Positions 10,140-23,734 are shown, counted from the first letter of the whole stretch. The stretch is 40,078 bases of DNA, filler included, from Glaucostegus cemiculus (GCA_976551045.1; 3 parts of 3 records of this genome joined end to end with filler, not necessarily neighbours in it); one strand, 5' to 3'. Notes: a model not told the origin generated them from the sequence alone. Numbers and translations are program-made.

Positions 10140-11000
10140 GGAAATGTTCTGCAGCAATGAGTTGGGAGCCAGACCCCAGATTTTCTGATGTCCTCTTGGG
10201 TTCCTTGTCAAAAATATGAAGGTCCAAAAGAAGATCTTTTCCATTCACAGCAGGAATGTATGATAAACATGGTGCTGGGAAACCAAGGTCTTCTGTAAGC
10301 TTCCTGCACAACGACTGGCACTATGTGAAGGCTCAAATATTTAGTAAAATGTATTAATAAATGCACCCATTGTTTATTTTATGCACTGCCTTAAAAACAA
10401 ATGGTAGTGGTGGGAACGGCAGCTACTGGCAACGCCTGTCCTCCTGAACACCACCAGTGGAGATTTCAGCATTTATCTGGCCCCGAGACCACTCAGCCCA
10501 CAGGCCCCTGCTAGGTGCACACGGAGCCGTAAGATCAGCTGCACAAGGGCAGCTCCATCAGGATGCTCGACGCTGACTGTAGTGACTAGGACTTCACTTG
10601 ACTGTACCTGGAGCCCTGCCAATTTACATAAATTCCCAGTAGTTTTAGATCAAATCCAAAGAGTCCCCAGGTATGATAAACTATAAGATAGCAGGTCAAA
10701 GTTGCAGGAAATTAACTTTTGACCTTTAGATCCTACAAGCTGATTAAGGCCTTCGATGAAAAGGTTCCTCCCTTGCTGCCTTCTATTAGGCTCCCTGTTG
10801 TTCTGCCTTTGATGTTTTGGCCATTGTTGTCCTTCCTTGAACTGACCCTTCCTCTGGCAAAATTTGCAGATAGCAAAATGACAACACTGATAAACTGGAA
10901 AAACTTAAGGAGGGTCACCAGCAGAATAACTCCCACGATCCTGGTAACTTCAGCTGAAGTCCCTTTTACTGCCTCCAGTTAGGTTGATTTGGCAATGACT
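10140..11000. mobile_element. Possible internally deleted Harbinger transposon relic (Myb/SANT-like ORF start on +, transposase N-terminus on -)
   Basis: + strand near 10175: PRFSDVLL then (frameshift) FLVKNMKVQKKIFS. - strand 10758-10699: HRRP*SACRI*RSKVNFLQL, resembling the RRPYxxxRxYRxxxxFL start of HARBI1-type transposases. Short, decayed matches only. Confidence 0.35.
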
Positions 11001-14000
11001 GAACCAATCCCATGGAGTTTCACTCAGCAGGTTGGCTACTGGGCAGCAATCTTGACACACCCAGTTAAATCATGTTAGGTGCTGATTAGCTTATAGAACC
11101 ATTCTTTGGATGGATTCATGAGGTACCTCTTACCTCTGCCTGACTGCTCAATGAAGTAGGTAACTAAGATGGGAGCCAGTGCGATCATAGCAGCAGTGGT
11201 TAATCACGTCAAACAATTTAAAAGCCCCTTGCTTCACTCTACCATAGGGTGGTTTATGGGAGACTCTCGTGTGTTGCAAGGAGCTTAAAATCATGTAATA
11301 ACTTCTGCAGTTACGTATAAAGGATAGAAGTGTGGTAATTTATTCTAAATGTTTTCATGTTTTAACCAAAAGAGCTATCCTCACTGTAAACAAATGAGTG
11401 GTATGTAAAATCATACAAATTAAAGGTTTATTTTAAGGCCTGGCATTGACTAATCAGAGTTTCCATTTCTTCTGCATCATATCATTATAGCATCAAAAAC
11501 ATTCCTACTGTTCCTTAGTTTCAAAAAAACCTACTTTCTTTCAATTGACAATGTGATGAGTGGTTGAAAGATAAACGGATGTTCAATGAAGCAAATATTC
11601 TACTATTGAATAATTTCAAAAAATATTCATAAATGGGTCACCCGTTGAGTAGCATCCATACTATAGGTTCATTTCTTGAACTTTAACTATGACTGAGTTC
11701 TATCTGTAGCACAAGAAATTCTTAAAGGACTTCTTTAGAATCCTTTAAGGTATTAGAAAGTGAATTAATACAGTTACACTCAGATAAATGTAGATTGTCA
11801 CATAATTTGAAATACAAATTCATTTACTATTCCCTTAAATGAATAACTTATAAATTTGTGAGAACAACCACACTTTTGCTCTTTGTGAACATACCAAACA
11901 AGCATGGTACTAAACGTTTCTTACAGAACTTTTGCAAGGTTTTTCAGATCTGGAAAAAAAAACAGTTTGTAATTACAACTGTTATCAGTTACAAAACTAA
12001 TAATGCTCAGCAATCCTTCCATCCAATTCATGACAAAGGTTATCTGGAATAGGTTCTGGAGAAAATTCACAAAATTATCTGGTTTAAGATAAGTATTTAA
12101 AAAGAATATTCTGGTGTTAGTGACTGTTGAACAGGGCTGGGAAGAAACTTGTATAAGCATAAATGCCTGGATTGATTAGTTGTGTTGAATGGACTATTTC
12201 TGTGTTCTACATTAAATGTTGTTCCAAAACAACCAATGATAAAATCTTCATTTAATCACATCATGTTAAAAATAATATCAATCTAAAAGCAGGCTGGTTG
12301 CTCAGTGGTCTAAAGAACGTTTTGTTTGAGGGCCTGCTGGAAAATTCAGTAACCCACTTGGCCAAGACATCCTACTCCACTGAACAAACCCTATCCTCTA
12401 TACACTCCTCCAGCACGGGGTATAGAAAGCATATCAGGTCTGGGGCCAGGGCAAGGGTTTGGGTTGCAAGGAGTAAGGGCTTGTTTGTGAGATTAAAGGA
12501 TTGGGGTTGGTGCTACAGCTGAGGATCAATTTAAGGGGAGGTTGGTTGTCAGGAGGATCGATTGGTGCTTTGGTGGGAAAAGAGTTCAGCTGCTGGAGGG
12601 CTGATAGATCAGTAGGTTAGGGTGAGGGCTGTTGGGGTCAGCGCTGGTTGGCAGATTGCTGGGAAGGTGATTGGCTGAGAATCATGAGTTTTACGGGGAA
12701 GATATGGTGGGGGTGGGGGGAAGAGGAGACAGAGAGTGAGGGTGGAGATAAGCAAACCAATTAAAGGGAACCTTCCTGAGGCAGGTTTCCAGCACTAAAT
12801 TGTGATTTGTTCAAGTACATTCCCTTTAAGGTTTTGAAAGCCTTTTTGCATATGCGCTCTGGACAGCAGGGATCAAGTATGCATGAATGAAAATTATAGA
12901 ATTGATATCTAGGCATGGCTTGCATATCATTAGATATGACAGCATGTGTTCGTCTTCCTCCATGTGTTAATTCATTGGATAAGTGGAGGATTTAGAAGGA
13001 AAATTCTATCACATTGGTCTCTTATTTTTAATTATGTTTTAGTTTTTCATTGGAATCAAGTCAAATAGAGAATAAAAATAGCACCACATGATCCAATTTC
13101 TGGGCGCATAATTTTTTTCAGAGAGAAAATATAAGTAAACATGAGGCATGGCTCGACAAAGATTTTCTAATCAGAGATAAGTATTCCATAGATAATAGAA
13201 GTAGATTAGGAGGATTTGTTGATTAAATACCAGTGACCTTCATGTGATCCACTTTTGAACAGTTTTGTTAATGCAAGATAAAAAGATTTGATTCAAGATA
13301 AATATAAATAATAGTTGTGCCAAACTTTTTTTTCCTCGTCGATGTTGACACTGTAACCTTCTCTAAGGATATACAAATAATAGACACTAATTAAATTAGC
13401 TTTGTGAGTATAAACAACTCTTACTGAACGTGGGTGCATGCATGGATGTATATATTTGTGCAGAATGTTAATCACAGGTGCAGAAGATCTGCAGAACCAT
13501 TTTACTGTCGCTTTCCTTGAACGCATCAACAAAGTGAACATGAGATGGATAATCCTTTCAATACAACAAATTTATTTAAGCCAAAATGCTCTTAAAGTCC
13601 AATGGACAACAGTCTGTGAAGCAATCACTTGAATGCATATTTTTATTTATTTACACTCGAGTGTTCATGTTACATGGAGCACCAAGATAAATCATTCGAT
13701 AGTTATGTATCATCCAGTATTCATGCCTTTAATATAAATCTGCACTTATAAAACTTTGATTAGTGGATTGGACTTAGGTTTTACACAGATAATATTTTGT
13801 TTGTCAATGAGCCAAGCATTAGCGATTTCTCTAAATAATCTAATCAACTGTAAAGGTTTTTTTTGATATAAGTCATGAATGGACTGGTACATACTTTCGT
13901 GACTGAGCAAACCCCAAAATAACACACCTCTTTTCCTATTATAGGATTACAAGCTGCTCAGACTCATGCCTAAACTGGTTATAACACTAATGTTAATGGG

Positions 14001-15828
14001 AGAATACTATGCAGAAGAAAATGCATTAAAAAATTCACTTTCTTTTTCAACATAAAAGTCAACCAGAACACCAGTAATGGTCTTACTAAGAGTTAAAAGG
14101 ATGTAATCTGATTCACGTTGTTCATCACAAGGTTAACATCAATTAGACAATATTTTATCAGCACAGATACTGTCAGTATTCATGACACGGCATCCACTGG
14201 CAAACTAAAATCAAAGACTTGCCCTTCCATAAAAAAAATGCTTCCACCCTTAAAAAACAAGCAAGGACATGTGTATGGATGCATTTGTGCTTTCAAGCTG
14301 CTTATTAACTTCTCCCACTGCTGAACTTTGCCCAATCACAAAGAACTTCAATTAAACTGAGTACAGATACTAAAGCGCCGTGTAGGTGGCAACAGAAACT
14401 TTATAATAGGTTTCAGCTTCGTTCTCACGCTCTGTAGAGTGCAGTTTCTATAATGGTGAATAAGTGACTTTTAACTGAAACATTATTTATAAACATAGGA
14501 AACTGAAACTTTTGTGGTGATCCATAGGTAGAAAAGAACTTGGACCATGCTTGACTCTCCACTAAAACTATTTACTTATAGCTACAAGAAGGTACAAGCA
14601 CGACCTTAAGAAGGAAAAAGACTTTACTGATACCCTGAACAGAAATAAACCATATACATTTTTGACCCAGGTGATCTTTCGTTAAAAGAATCAGATCAAT
14701 ACTAATGCTGTGAAAAATCTTAGTCCTTTACATTCTACTGTAAGTGAGTTGTTATCCTCTCCATTGAAAGATCTGATTTAAAAATATCACTTATCTGTAT
14801 AGCGTGCACGTCCTCTGGTACATTTTTAGAACCTTTTGTCAGGACATGAAAATAAAACACAGACTGAGTTATTTGCTGTCAATGAACTGAGGGCCAACAG
14901 TGTTGAGGGCATGATTGTGCAGTAACAAACATGGCTCATTTGCAATCTGAAGTACTGATAAATTTTGATATGCTTTAACTCTGCCAGATGCAAACATTCA
15001 CTTTCAAGGCAGCATCCCATGTATTTAAGTGCAAAAGCTTGTCCTCACTTTAAAGTGTTACAACATATTTGGTAAAATATTTAGTATAAATATTATACCT
15101 TCACAATGAATGAAGAATATGGAAGACTTTATTCAAAGACCACTTCCCCTGCTGTAAGAAGGTAACAGTTGCTGCCCCTAGAATATTGGCTCAACTTGCT
15201 CTATGTTGGTGAGATTGGTGGCTTACTCTGAATATCTGAAAACTATCACCAGTATCAATGGTATGAATTTTGTCATTTTCTAATTTGAATAGGGCGCAGC
15301 ACTTGTAGAAGCAAGTACCACTCTGACAGCTTAAGTCACAGCTCATTCACCATCCAGAGTCATGGGAGTTTCAGTAAATGGATGCGCAACTAATTAATCT
15401 TTAGCCTCCAATCATTTTATATTTTGGTTTGCTTTTTGATATTCAAAATAATTATCTCTTTCACAGCTTCTAATGCCACACTTAAGGCACTATGCCATAG
15501 AATCTAATTTCCATCACTAGAAGCATGCTAAATGACTGTTGCATGGTATCCTAATGACTATTATAGTCGTGGACCCCATTGCAGAAAGGTTCAGTGGTAC
15601 ACACCCAAAGGCATGGGGCACAGCAGATGGCTTGGTGCATGCTGCAGATCCTGTGAAGGAAATGGGGGCTGGGGAGAGCTTCAGGAGGACTGCAGCTGGG
15701 AATGGGAGCATGGAGGACAAAGCGGTGAGAACGTCTGAGAGTGCCAGCAATGGACATTCTTGAAAATGAAGTCACCGTTATGCATCAAAGTTTCTTGAGC
15801 TACTTTATATTCTCTTAGTACTTCAGGA

Positions 15829-16754
15829 ACCTCTGCCACGGTTATCCTCAACACTGGTGCCCCACAAGGCTGCGAGGCCCTGTAGTGGGCCAAATCTCAA
15901 ATAATGATGAGTCGGAGTATGGGAGGGAGATAGAGAGCCTAGTGGCAAACGATCTACAACCTTTCCCTCAATGTCAGCAAAACAAAAGAACTGACTTCAG
16001 GAAGGGGGGCATTGCAAATGCTCCTGTTTACATCAAAGGCATTGAGCTTGAGAGGGTTGAGAGCTTCAAGTTGCCAGGAGTGAACATCACCAGTAGCCTG
16101 TCCTGGTCCAACCACACAGATACCATGACCAAAAAAGTTCATCAGTGCCTCTACTTCCTCAGGAGGCCAATAGAAATTTAACAGTTTTTAATCGATGCTC
16201 CATAAGAAAGTACCCTAATCGGATGTATCATGGCTTGGTATGGCAACTGCTCTGCCCGGGACCTTGAGAAACTGCAGAGAGCTGTGGACACAGCTCAGCA
16301 CATCACAGAAACCAGTCTCCCCTCCATAGACTCTGTCTACACTTCTTGCTGCCTCGATAAAGCAGCCAGCATAATCAAAGACCCCAACCACCCCAGACAT
16401 GGTCTCTTTGACCCCCCCCCCCCCATTAGGCAAAAGATTCAAAAGCCTGAAAGCACGTACCACCAGGCTCAAGGACAGCTTTTATCCTGCTGTTGCAAAT
16501 ATTGAACAATCCCCTTGTATGATAAAATGGACTCTTGACCTCACAATCTATCTTGTTATGGCCTTGCACCTTTTTGTCTGCTTGCACTGTGCTTTCTCTG
16601 TAACTGTAACACTATTCTACACTCTGTTATCATTTTCCCTTGTACAGCCTCAATGTACTGATGTGTTGAAATGATCTGTATGGATGGCATGCAAATCAAA
16701 GTTTTTCACTGTATCTTGGTACATGTGACAATAATAAACCAATTTACCAATTTA
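15829..16754 (+). mobile_element. Rex1/Babar-type LINE, 5'-truncated, RT C-terminal half and 3' UTR, with internal deletions
   Basis: ILNTGAPQGC, VVGQISNNDESEYGREIESLV, DFRKGG, ERVESFK, LSWSNH, LYFLRR, AWYGNCSARD, RTTRLKDSFYP; tail GTACATGTGACAATAATAAACCAATTTACCAATTTA. Confidence 0.9.
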
Positions 16755-18683
16755 AAGTAAAGATAGATTTAAATGGATAATGAGGGCATCAAATGAACTA
16801 GACTTTAACTTTCAAATTTTCTGGAAAAAAATTACATAGCAATACATTTTCTTCTGGTTATAAGTTTTGTCTTTTGGTGTATGTGTCCATCAAATTACCC
16901 ATTATAATTCATAAAAAGAGTTATCAAAAAAATAAGTGGAGAACTTCAAGAGGTAAATTCTAACATTAGTTAATGCTCTCGCTTGTTTTCGAGATAGTAA
17001 CCAAGGAGGAATTTCTCACTGTGTCTGCTGTGTTAGTGGCTTCAGACAGGTTGAGCACAATGGAATACAAACTGAATGGACTTTAGAGATATGGTGATGA
17101 GGTCTTAATACTAGAAATCATAGGTGTAGTGAGTGAATATCAAAAGGTCTTAGTTAAACTGAATCACATACAGTGTAAAGTATATGGGGAAGTCACTTGT
17201 CCCAGCTGGTATTCGGCCGTGCCTATGCTCCACTTGGAGCATCTTCTCGCCCAAATTCATGTAATCCAATCTTTTTAACAAAAAGACCTTTTGACCAACT
17301 GAGAATTTAAACCCACTCTTGGAGCAGCGAATCACTCCAGTATCAGGTCACCTGTGCCATTATTTCTGTGGCCAAATGGCAACAACGTGAAAGCCGTAAT
17401 AAATGCTTGAAACTGGTCATTGATCTTAATCCATAAGGAAACATCGTAATTAGTTATTAACTGTAACTGGCCAAGATGTTGAAATATTCCAGCAAAATAC
17501 AGTTTGTTATAATTAACGGTACAAGTCACTTTACGTATAATTTGGATGTTTATCCTGTTCAAGCGTCCCTGAGATGTTAATGCATCATGGCAATGGCACA
17601 TTGCCAGACAATTCTGGGCCTATACCTTCAGTGCTGTCGTCCACTGCTCCTATTCTATGTCAGAGTAGGAACTGGGGAGGTGGGACTGAAATTTAAGCAG
17701 GTGGGAGAGTTGCCCATGTCTAACTGTCATTACTGCTCCACTACACTGTTGGTCTAACACAATTACTATGGTACACTAGAACTTTGGTAATCCTCCTTTC
17801 AACTTGTATATTTACAACCTTGTAGTGAGTATAATTCATGCCCATGATTTATAATTGTGTAAGTCCTGATACTATTTTAGTGAATGCACTACCAAGTTCA
17901 AAACTTCTTGTACATTTCAGAAAAATGTTATCAAAATTCAAATCTAAAAGTCTCCTTCACTTATTTAATTAATATATTATTCTCAATTTAATGATCATTT
18001 AAGATATAAAGTAATCTGGTTAAATACAATAAGTAGGTATCTTAAAAACTTATTTCCTTGTATTTAAATATCTCAATTTTGATTCTTCTGGGTCAGTTAT
18101 GCTCATTCCCAACTCCTTATTGAATATTTATTCTTTAGTTTTTTTAATAAAACACGTCAAAATAATGATTGCACCAACTGTGGTGTAAAATCTGCTGCAA
18201 ATTAATTATTTTAGATTAATGATATATTAGATAAATGTGTAAAGACAAGGTCACATCTGCAATCTAAATCAAATTTACTTACTAACTAGTTCCTCTTGTT
18301 CTACATTATCTTCATAGATTATTTTTTGTAAACATGTAACACAAAACAGCCACATCAGAGTTTTACTAAGAATATGCAATTTAGTTTTCCTTAAAACTAT
18401 ACTGATATTATTCAATCCATGTAAGAAAACACATCACAGTTCAATCTGCATAGTTATAAACTGTGTAATCAGCATAACAATTTTTTAGTCCCAATGATTT
18501 ATTCCAGTAAGGAAAGCTATATTTGCACATCAGAAGTAATTGCACCATAATTCCATTGGTAATCTATCTCAAACATTGTCCGTCAAAGAAACAAAGTAGA
18601 ATGATGCTTGCTTGTTACTATATTTGTCACCCCTACATAAAATATTAAGAGCACTACATCTGGACTTTTCCATACAATGTCAT

Positions 18684-19095
18684 CTGTGTCTCAGTAAGTG
18701 AAACTCTGGCTTCTGGGTGGAAGCTTTTATGTTTAAGCTCCATACCAGTCTCGAGCAAAGTAATTCTTGGATTTCACTTCAGTGCTTTACTGGGGAATTC
18801 TGTAGTTTGGAGATATTGGTTGCAACTGAGATGCCTCATCTGCTTTCTAATGTGAAGAAACCATTTACACTTGTTCAATGAAGGGAACAATATCCCTAGT
18901 GAGCTGGCCAATATTTATCATGTTAATCAACTTAACTAAAACAGATGGTCTGCTCTTTATCTGTGACCGTATTGGGGAGTTTGCTCTGCACAAATTGGCT
19001 GCTGTTTTTCTTACATTACAAGAGTGACTACTATTCAAAAACACTCCACAGACCGCAACATATTTTGAGGTTTTTGAAAGGTACATGAAAGATGT
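18684..19095 (+). mobile_element. Near full-length DeuSINE/SacSINE-like SINE
   Basis: Head GTCTCAGTAAGTGAAACTCT; core CTGGCCAATATTTATC...ACTAAAACAGAT...TTGCTCTGCACAAATTGGCTGCTGTTTTTCTTACATTACAAGAGTGACTAC (Deu-domain-like). Confidence 0.8.
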
Positions 19096-21291
19096 TTTTT
19101 CTTGATAACTTTTGGCTCCACTGCATTATGTAACATTGTGAGCAATTTTGGGAGGGTGCTTGGGCAACATTCACTTGTTCTTGTTTTCTAATTTTCCTTC
19201 AGTTGCAATTATTCATTTGAAAGGAAAAGCAGCTACAAGGTCATAAAAGAAGATGAAAATCTGGTTTCAGTGGGGCATTAGCAACAATGAAATTACACCA
19301 CAAACGAATCATTCAAATTGTTTTATAAGTAGTTTCAACATGGTAATTATAGAGACAGTTATATGATACCATACAGCTGGAAGATAACCTCAAAGCAACA
19401 TTTTTTTTCCTACTTGGCCTAATGCATACATCACGGTTGCACTGATCACGATAGTTTAAGAATTCAAGAAGTCAAACGTTGCTGTTTAAGGTAACATGGT
19501 TTACTTAGCCTATGGACTTCTACCCCTGGTTCATGGTGCAATGGTGGTATTAATGTCCCTTGTACACTGAGATTATATATTCAGTACTTTCTTCAGTGTT
19601 AAAGATACCAAAGGTGGAGAGCTCCAAATGGTAGTTTAATTATCATGACTGCAATTTGTCCTAAAGCTGGAGCTCCACTGCAAACATTGGAACGTGATGT
19701 CATCCTAACACTGAACTTGTGCTGCTTGTATTTGAACAAATGATCATCACTACAGTTGTACTGATGTGAGTGTTAAGCAGTTTATGACAGCATCGGTAGA
19801 AGGATAGGAAACCAGTTAATACCGCATTACTGGAATCTTCAGTGTGAATTTCATAAAGATAAGAACTGATGGCAACACAAGGAGTTAGGAGTGAATGGCA
19901 CAATTTTAATGCAAATGAAGCATTTATTCTAACATATATCAAAGCATTGTCTCTTACATTGTTTATAACACTGAGACTCACCTGCAGCTTTGCTTACAGA
20001 AAACGGTACTGATATAATATTTAGATACAATTATTGTAGAATTATTTGCTTTGTCTCATCTAAGGGTGCAACTTGAACCAAACCCAGCTGGTAGGAAATG
20101 GGTTGGATCAGCCACTAATTTTATACCCAATCCCATTTTACTTTGTGTTATATCACAAGTATCCCACATGGTCAGAGCACATCATTCATCTCAGGTGCAA
20201 ACATCTTGTGGGATTCACCAAATATGCATTTGATTGGCACACCTTCAATTCTCTCTGAGTTTAACAGAATAGTTTAAATGTGGTGATTTTTAAATTGGAG
20301 ATTCAGCACATTTGATTCAAGGTGGAGAATTTTCCTTTGAAAATGCTAAACAAAGGTCAGATAGCTTCAGTGTTCAGAGAAATATAACTGCCTTGAAAGA
20401 GAATGATGTGTACTTTACTGCAGATCATAACTACTTGGTATTTTCTAATTACTTGAAGAGTTAGCTAATACTGTGAAAAATTCATGTGTCACAATTTTGT
20501 TCATTTATTTGGCAATTTAATCATTTTATTTGCCAACCCTAACTGTAACACCCAAGGTGTTATTTCATTGCTTTTAAAATTAAGGAGGATAACCTTATGC
20601 TGAGTTCATTCAAACCATGAACCTTAAATTCCACAAAACTCCACAGAATTCCCGATGCAGGCATAACACTGGAGATAGGGGCAGAATTCGAGTCAGGCCA
20701 TTGGTGCCAGTTGTTGACTTGACAAGCAATGGGAAGAAGTTCTGCCAAAATGTTATCAGATAACTCAAACTCACTGGCTAAGACTGGGGCCAGAAACAAG
20801 AACTTCCTAAAATAGGAAGGGGGCAAGAAGATCACATGACAGATTTCAGATGAAATGCAGCATTGCGATGATATATGAGAAAGACAGGACACAGAGCCTT
20901 TCTCAAAAATGCAATTGGCCTCAGAGTTTGCTCTCACAAGAAATATTTATATTGAAATATTGGCATTATCTGATAATCTCCTGATTGGTACCTTAGTGTG
21001 GAGTTCAATGGAGTGTTGGTAGGGTCTGGAGCAGATGTAGCACTGTGTCGCACCCACCTTTATTTACAGGCTGGTGCCACAGGAGCGTTCCAGTTAGGCT
21101 CTTGTACCCACTGAGCCTTCCAAATGAAGTTCTTCTGCAGACCCATCAAAAGTCAGCACAGACTCATCAAAATTCAGAGTCAGAGTTGGGGAACATTAGC
21201 AGCTGTGCTCTCTATACAGCTGCTTTGCTTCCACCTATAAAACGTCATGCCTAGCATACCAAAACAAAGTTATGAACTTTCATTTTATGAC

Positions 21292-21656
21292 ATTTGGACA
21301 AAGCTGGATTATTTTCTCTGGAGCGTTAGAGGCTGAAGGGTGACTAGATGGAAGGATATAAAATTATGAGAGGCATAGATAGGATAGATAGTCATACGTT
21401 TTCCCAAGGCATCAAATAGGCAGTTTTTTTTCTTTTACACAGAGTGTTGGTGCATGAAGAATGATGCCAGAGAAGGTGATAAAAGCAGATGGGATAACAG
21501 CAATTTAAGGCATTCAGACTGACACATGAACAGGCAGGTAGTAAGGGGATATGGACCATATGCTGGCAGGTGGCATTTCTTTAGATTGGCATCATGGTCA
21601 TTACAGACATGGTGGGCCGAGGGCCTGTTCCAGTGCTGTATTGTTCTATGTTCTAA
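21292..21656 (+). mobile_element. CR1 LINE 3' end
   Basis: LDKAGLFSLER*RLKGD..YKIMRGIDR then 3' UTR GGTGGGCCGAGGGCCTGTTCCAGTGCTGTATTGTTCTATGTTCTA. Confidence 0.85.
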
Positions 21657-22409
21657 TGACACCCACTGTATCAAAATTCATTATAATATCTGGACAAATT
21701 TCTGGCACACTCTGTCAATTTCATGTTCATTTCTGATATTAGTCTGAGGCACCAATACCTGAAAACGTTGAGCATAAAACCCTCAAAAATTCACCAAGCC
21801 CTTGCTACCCATGAGATATGGGGGCATGAGCTTCCTGCCCTTAACAAACCATACCATTGAGGCCTGTTCCTTTGAACAAGATACACCCTCAAACATATAC
21901 CCTATAATATTCTAAAAGCAGCAACATGCATAAATACATTTAATGAACTTATTAAAAGGTTTAAATACTCAGAAGAAAATATACTTCACTAACAAAGTAC
22001 TTCTATTGAAAGTTTTGAAACTTATAAGCAGAGATCAGTTTTGAAATCACAAGATGCAGCTGTATAAACAAAGTCCACTCCCTATTACTCAGTAAGGAGG
22101 CACTTGACACAAGTGGCATGGAAATTGATCCTCGTATTTATACAGACAGTGATTGCTTCCTCAATGTGTACATGTATGTATGTATGTGTATAATATATGC
22201 ATATTTATTTGAAAAAATTCAAGATGGGGCTTGGGGCCAATCTCGTGAGCACACAGATCCACATGTGGCAGATCAGCGAATAATGAGCAGTGAGTACTGA
22301 ACAGAATCATTCCATGAGGAATGTTCCAATGAGTATGGGAAAGATGTTGGGCAATACGAGGAAATGAAACAAAATAGAAAATGTTAGTGACAGTCAGCAA
22401 AGCAAAATG

Positions 22410-22482
22410 CTGCCGCCTGACCTACTGAGTGTTTCCAGCATTTTCTGTCTTTGTTTCAGGATTCCAGCATTTACAGTGTTTT
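22410..22482 (+). repeat. Penelope-derived repeat fragment
   Basis: GCCTGACCTACTGAGTGTTTCCAGCATTTTCTGTCTTTGTTTCAGGATTCCAGCATTTACAG. Confidence 0.7.
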
Positions 22483-22624
22483 TAAGGCTTCAATTAAGCA
22501 GTTCCTGAATAGCAAAATAAACTGAAATGCATGATTAGAATACATTCACTGAATACCATGGACAATATTTTGTTCAAAGTATTCATAAAATATGCAAATA
22601 TTTTTAAACATGCAACTGAATAGC

Positions 22625-22830
22625 ACAATAAAAATATTTTTGTAACTATTCAGCAGGTCTGGCAGCATCTGTGGAAAGACAAATAGAGTTAACATACAAG
22701 GTCAGTGACTTTGTGTCAGGATGAAGAATTAATGTCCCGAAGCGGTTTCTTCTTCTACAGACGCTGCAGCTTGACCTGCTGAGTGTTGCAGGCTTTCTGT
22801 TTTATTTCAGAGTTACAGAGGCTGCAGTAT
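22625..22830. repeat. Inverted pair of Penelope-derived repeat arms
   Basis: CAGCAGGTCTGGCAGCATCTGTGGAAAGA (22651-22679) is the near reverse complement of TCTTCTACAGACGCTGCAGCTTGACCTGCTG (22751-22781). Confidence 0.7.
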
Positions 22831-23329
22831 TTTAATTTTGGATAGTGAAAATAAAACTGAATCAATTTTAAATCAATCAGTACTGGAGCAGAACTGATAA
22901 CTGGGATCATTAATGGATGGACTTTTAGAATAGATGCGTTTAGTAACTATATCACATCTGCGAATAGACTTCTCAGAAATCTCAGGTTGCATGGACACCT
23001 CATATTTAAATGAAGAATTACCTTCCTTCTAGTCTAATTTTCCTGACCCAAGCACCAAATGACAAAAATCAAGTCCTAAGTTAGCCAAGAGCTTAAGGAC
23101 CCTTGGACAGTGTGTGTCCCAGGGTCACTGGACAGACACAACAGTCTGAAATTGACAGAACTATGTCTTGGAGTGATCCTTACAATGGGAACTTCTGGGA
23201 ATTGCTGGATGGAATCATTCTCAGAAAGGGAGAAGGCAATCCATCTTCCACAACTTTGCCAGCCGGGTAAGTCACATCTCTAACCTGAGCAGCTATCAAA
23301 TGCTTCCAGTTAACAGATGTTGCTGCAGG

Positions 23330-23712
23330 AGTAGAGGGGGAGAAGGAAAGGAGGCAAAGGGAGGGAGGAAGGGGGGTAGACAGGCGAAGGAGAGGGAGGA
23401 GACAGCAAAGGGATGGTGAGACAATGGGAGGGGTAGACAAGGGAAGGGAGGAGATAAAGAGAGGCAAGGCAGTGATGGGGAAGGGAAAAGGAAAAGAGGG
23501 GATGGAGAGAGTGGAAAATGATAATGGAATGAGGAGGGGAGATGGAAGAATGTAGGAGGTGAGTGGGAAGGACAATTGATGGAGGCAAGGAAGAGAGGGA
23601 TGAGGAGAGACGAAGAGGAAGATGCAGAGGGAGGACGAGAGAGAAGGAGGAGCTAGAGAGATGAGGGACAGCAGGGTGAATGGGAGGAAATGGGTGGGAG
23701 AGCGAGGAGCAG
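23330..23712. repeat. Polypurine (G/A-rich) low-complexity tract
   Basis: About 380 bp of mostly A/G on the + strand; explains the S/L/P-rich spurious minus-strand ORFs. Confidence 0.9.
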
Positions 23713-23734
23713 AATAACAAAAACAGCAACCTAT

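Noticed and set aside
19982-20008. Possible 27-nt minus-strand micro-exon ending CAG|GTGAGT
   Set aside because: Strong donor but no polypyrimidine tract and no recognisable peptide.
20560-20937. 125-aa minus-strand ORF
   Set aside because: Non-ATG start, no domain similarity, no convincing splice signals.
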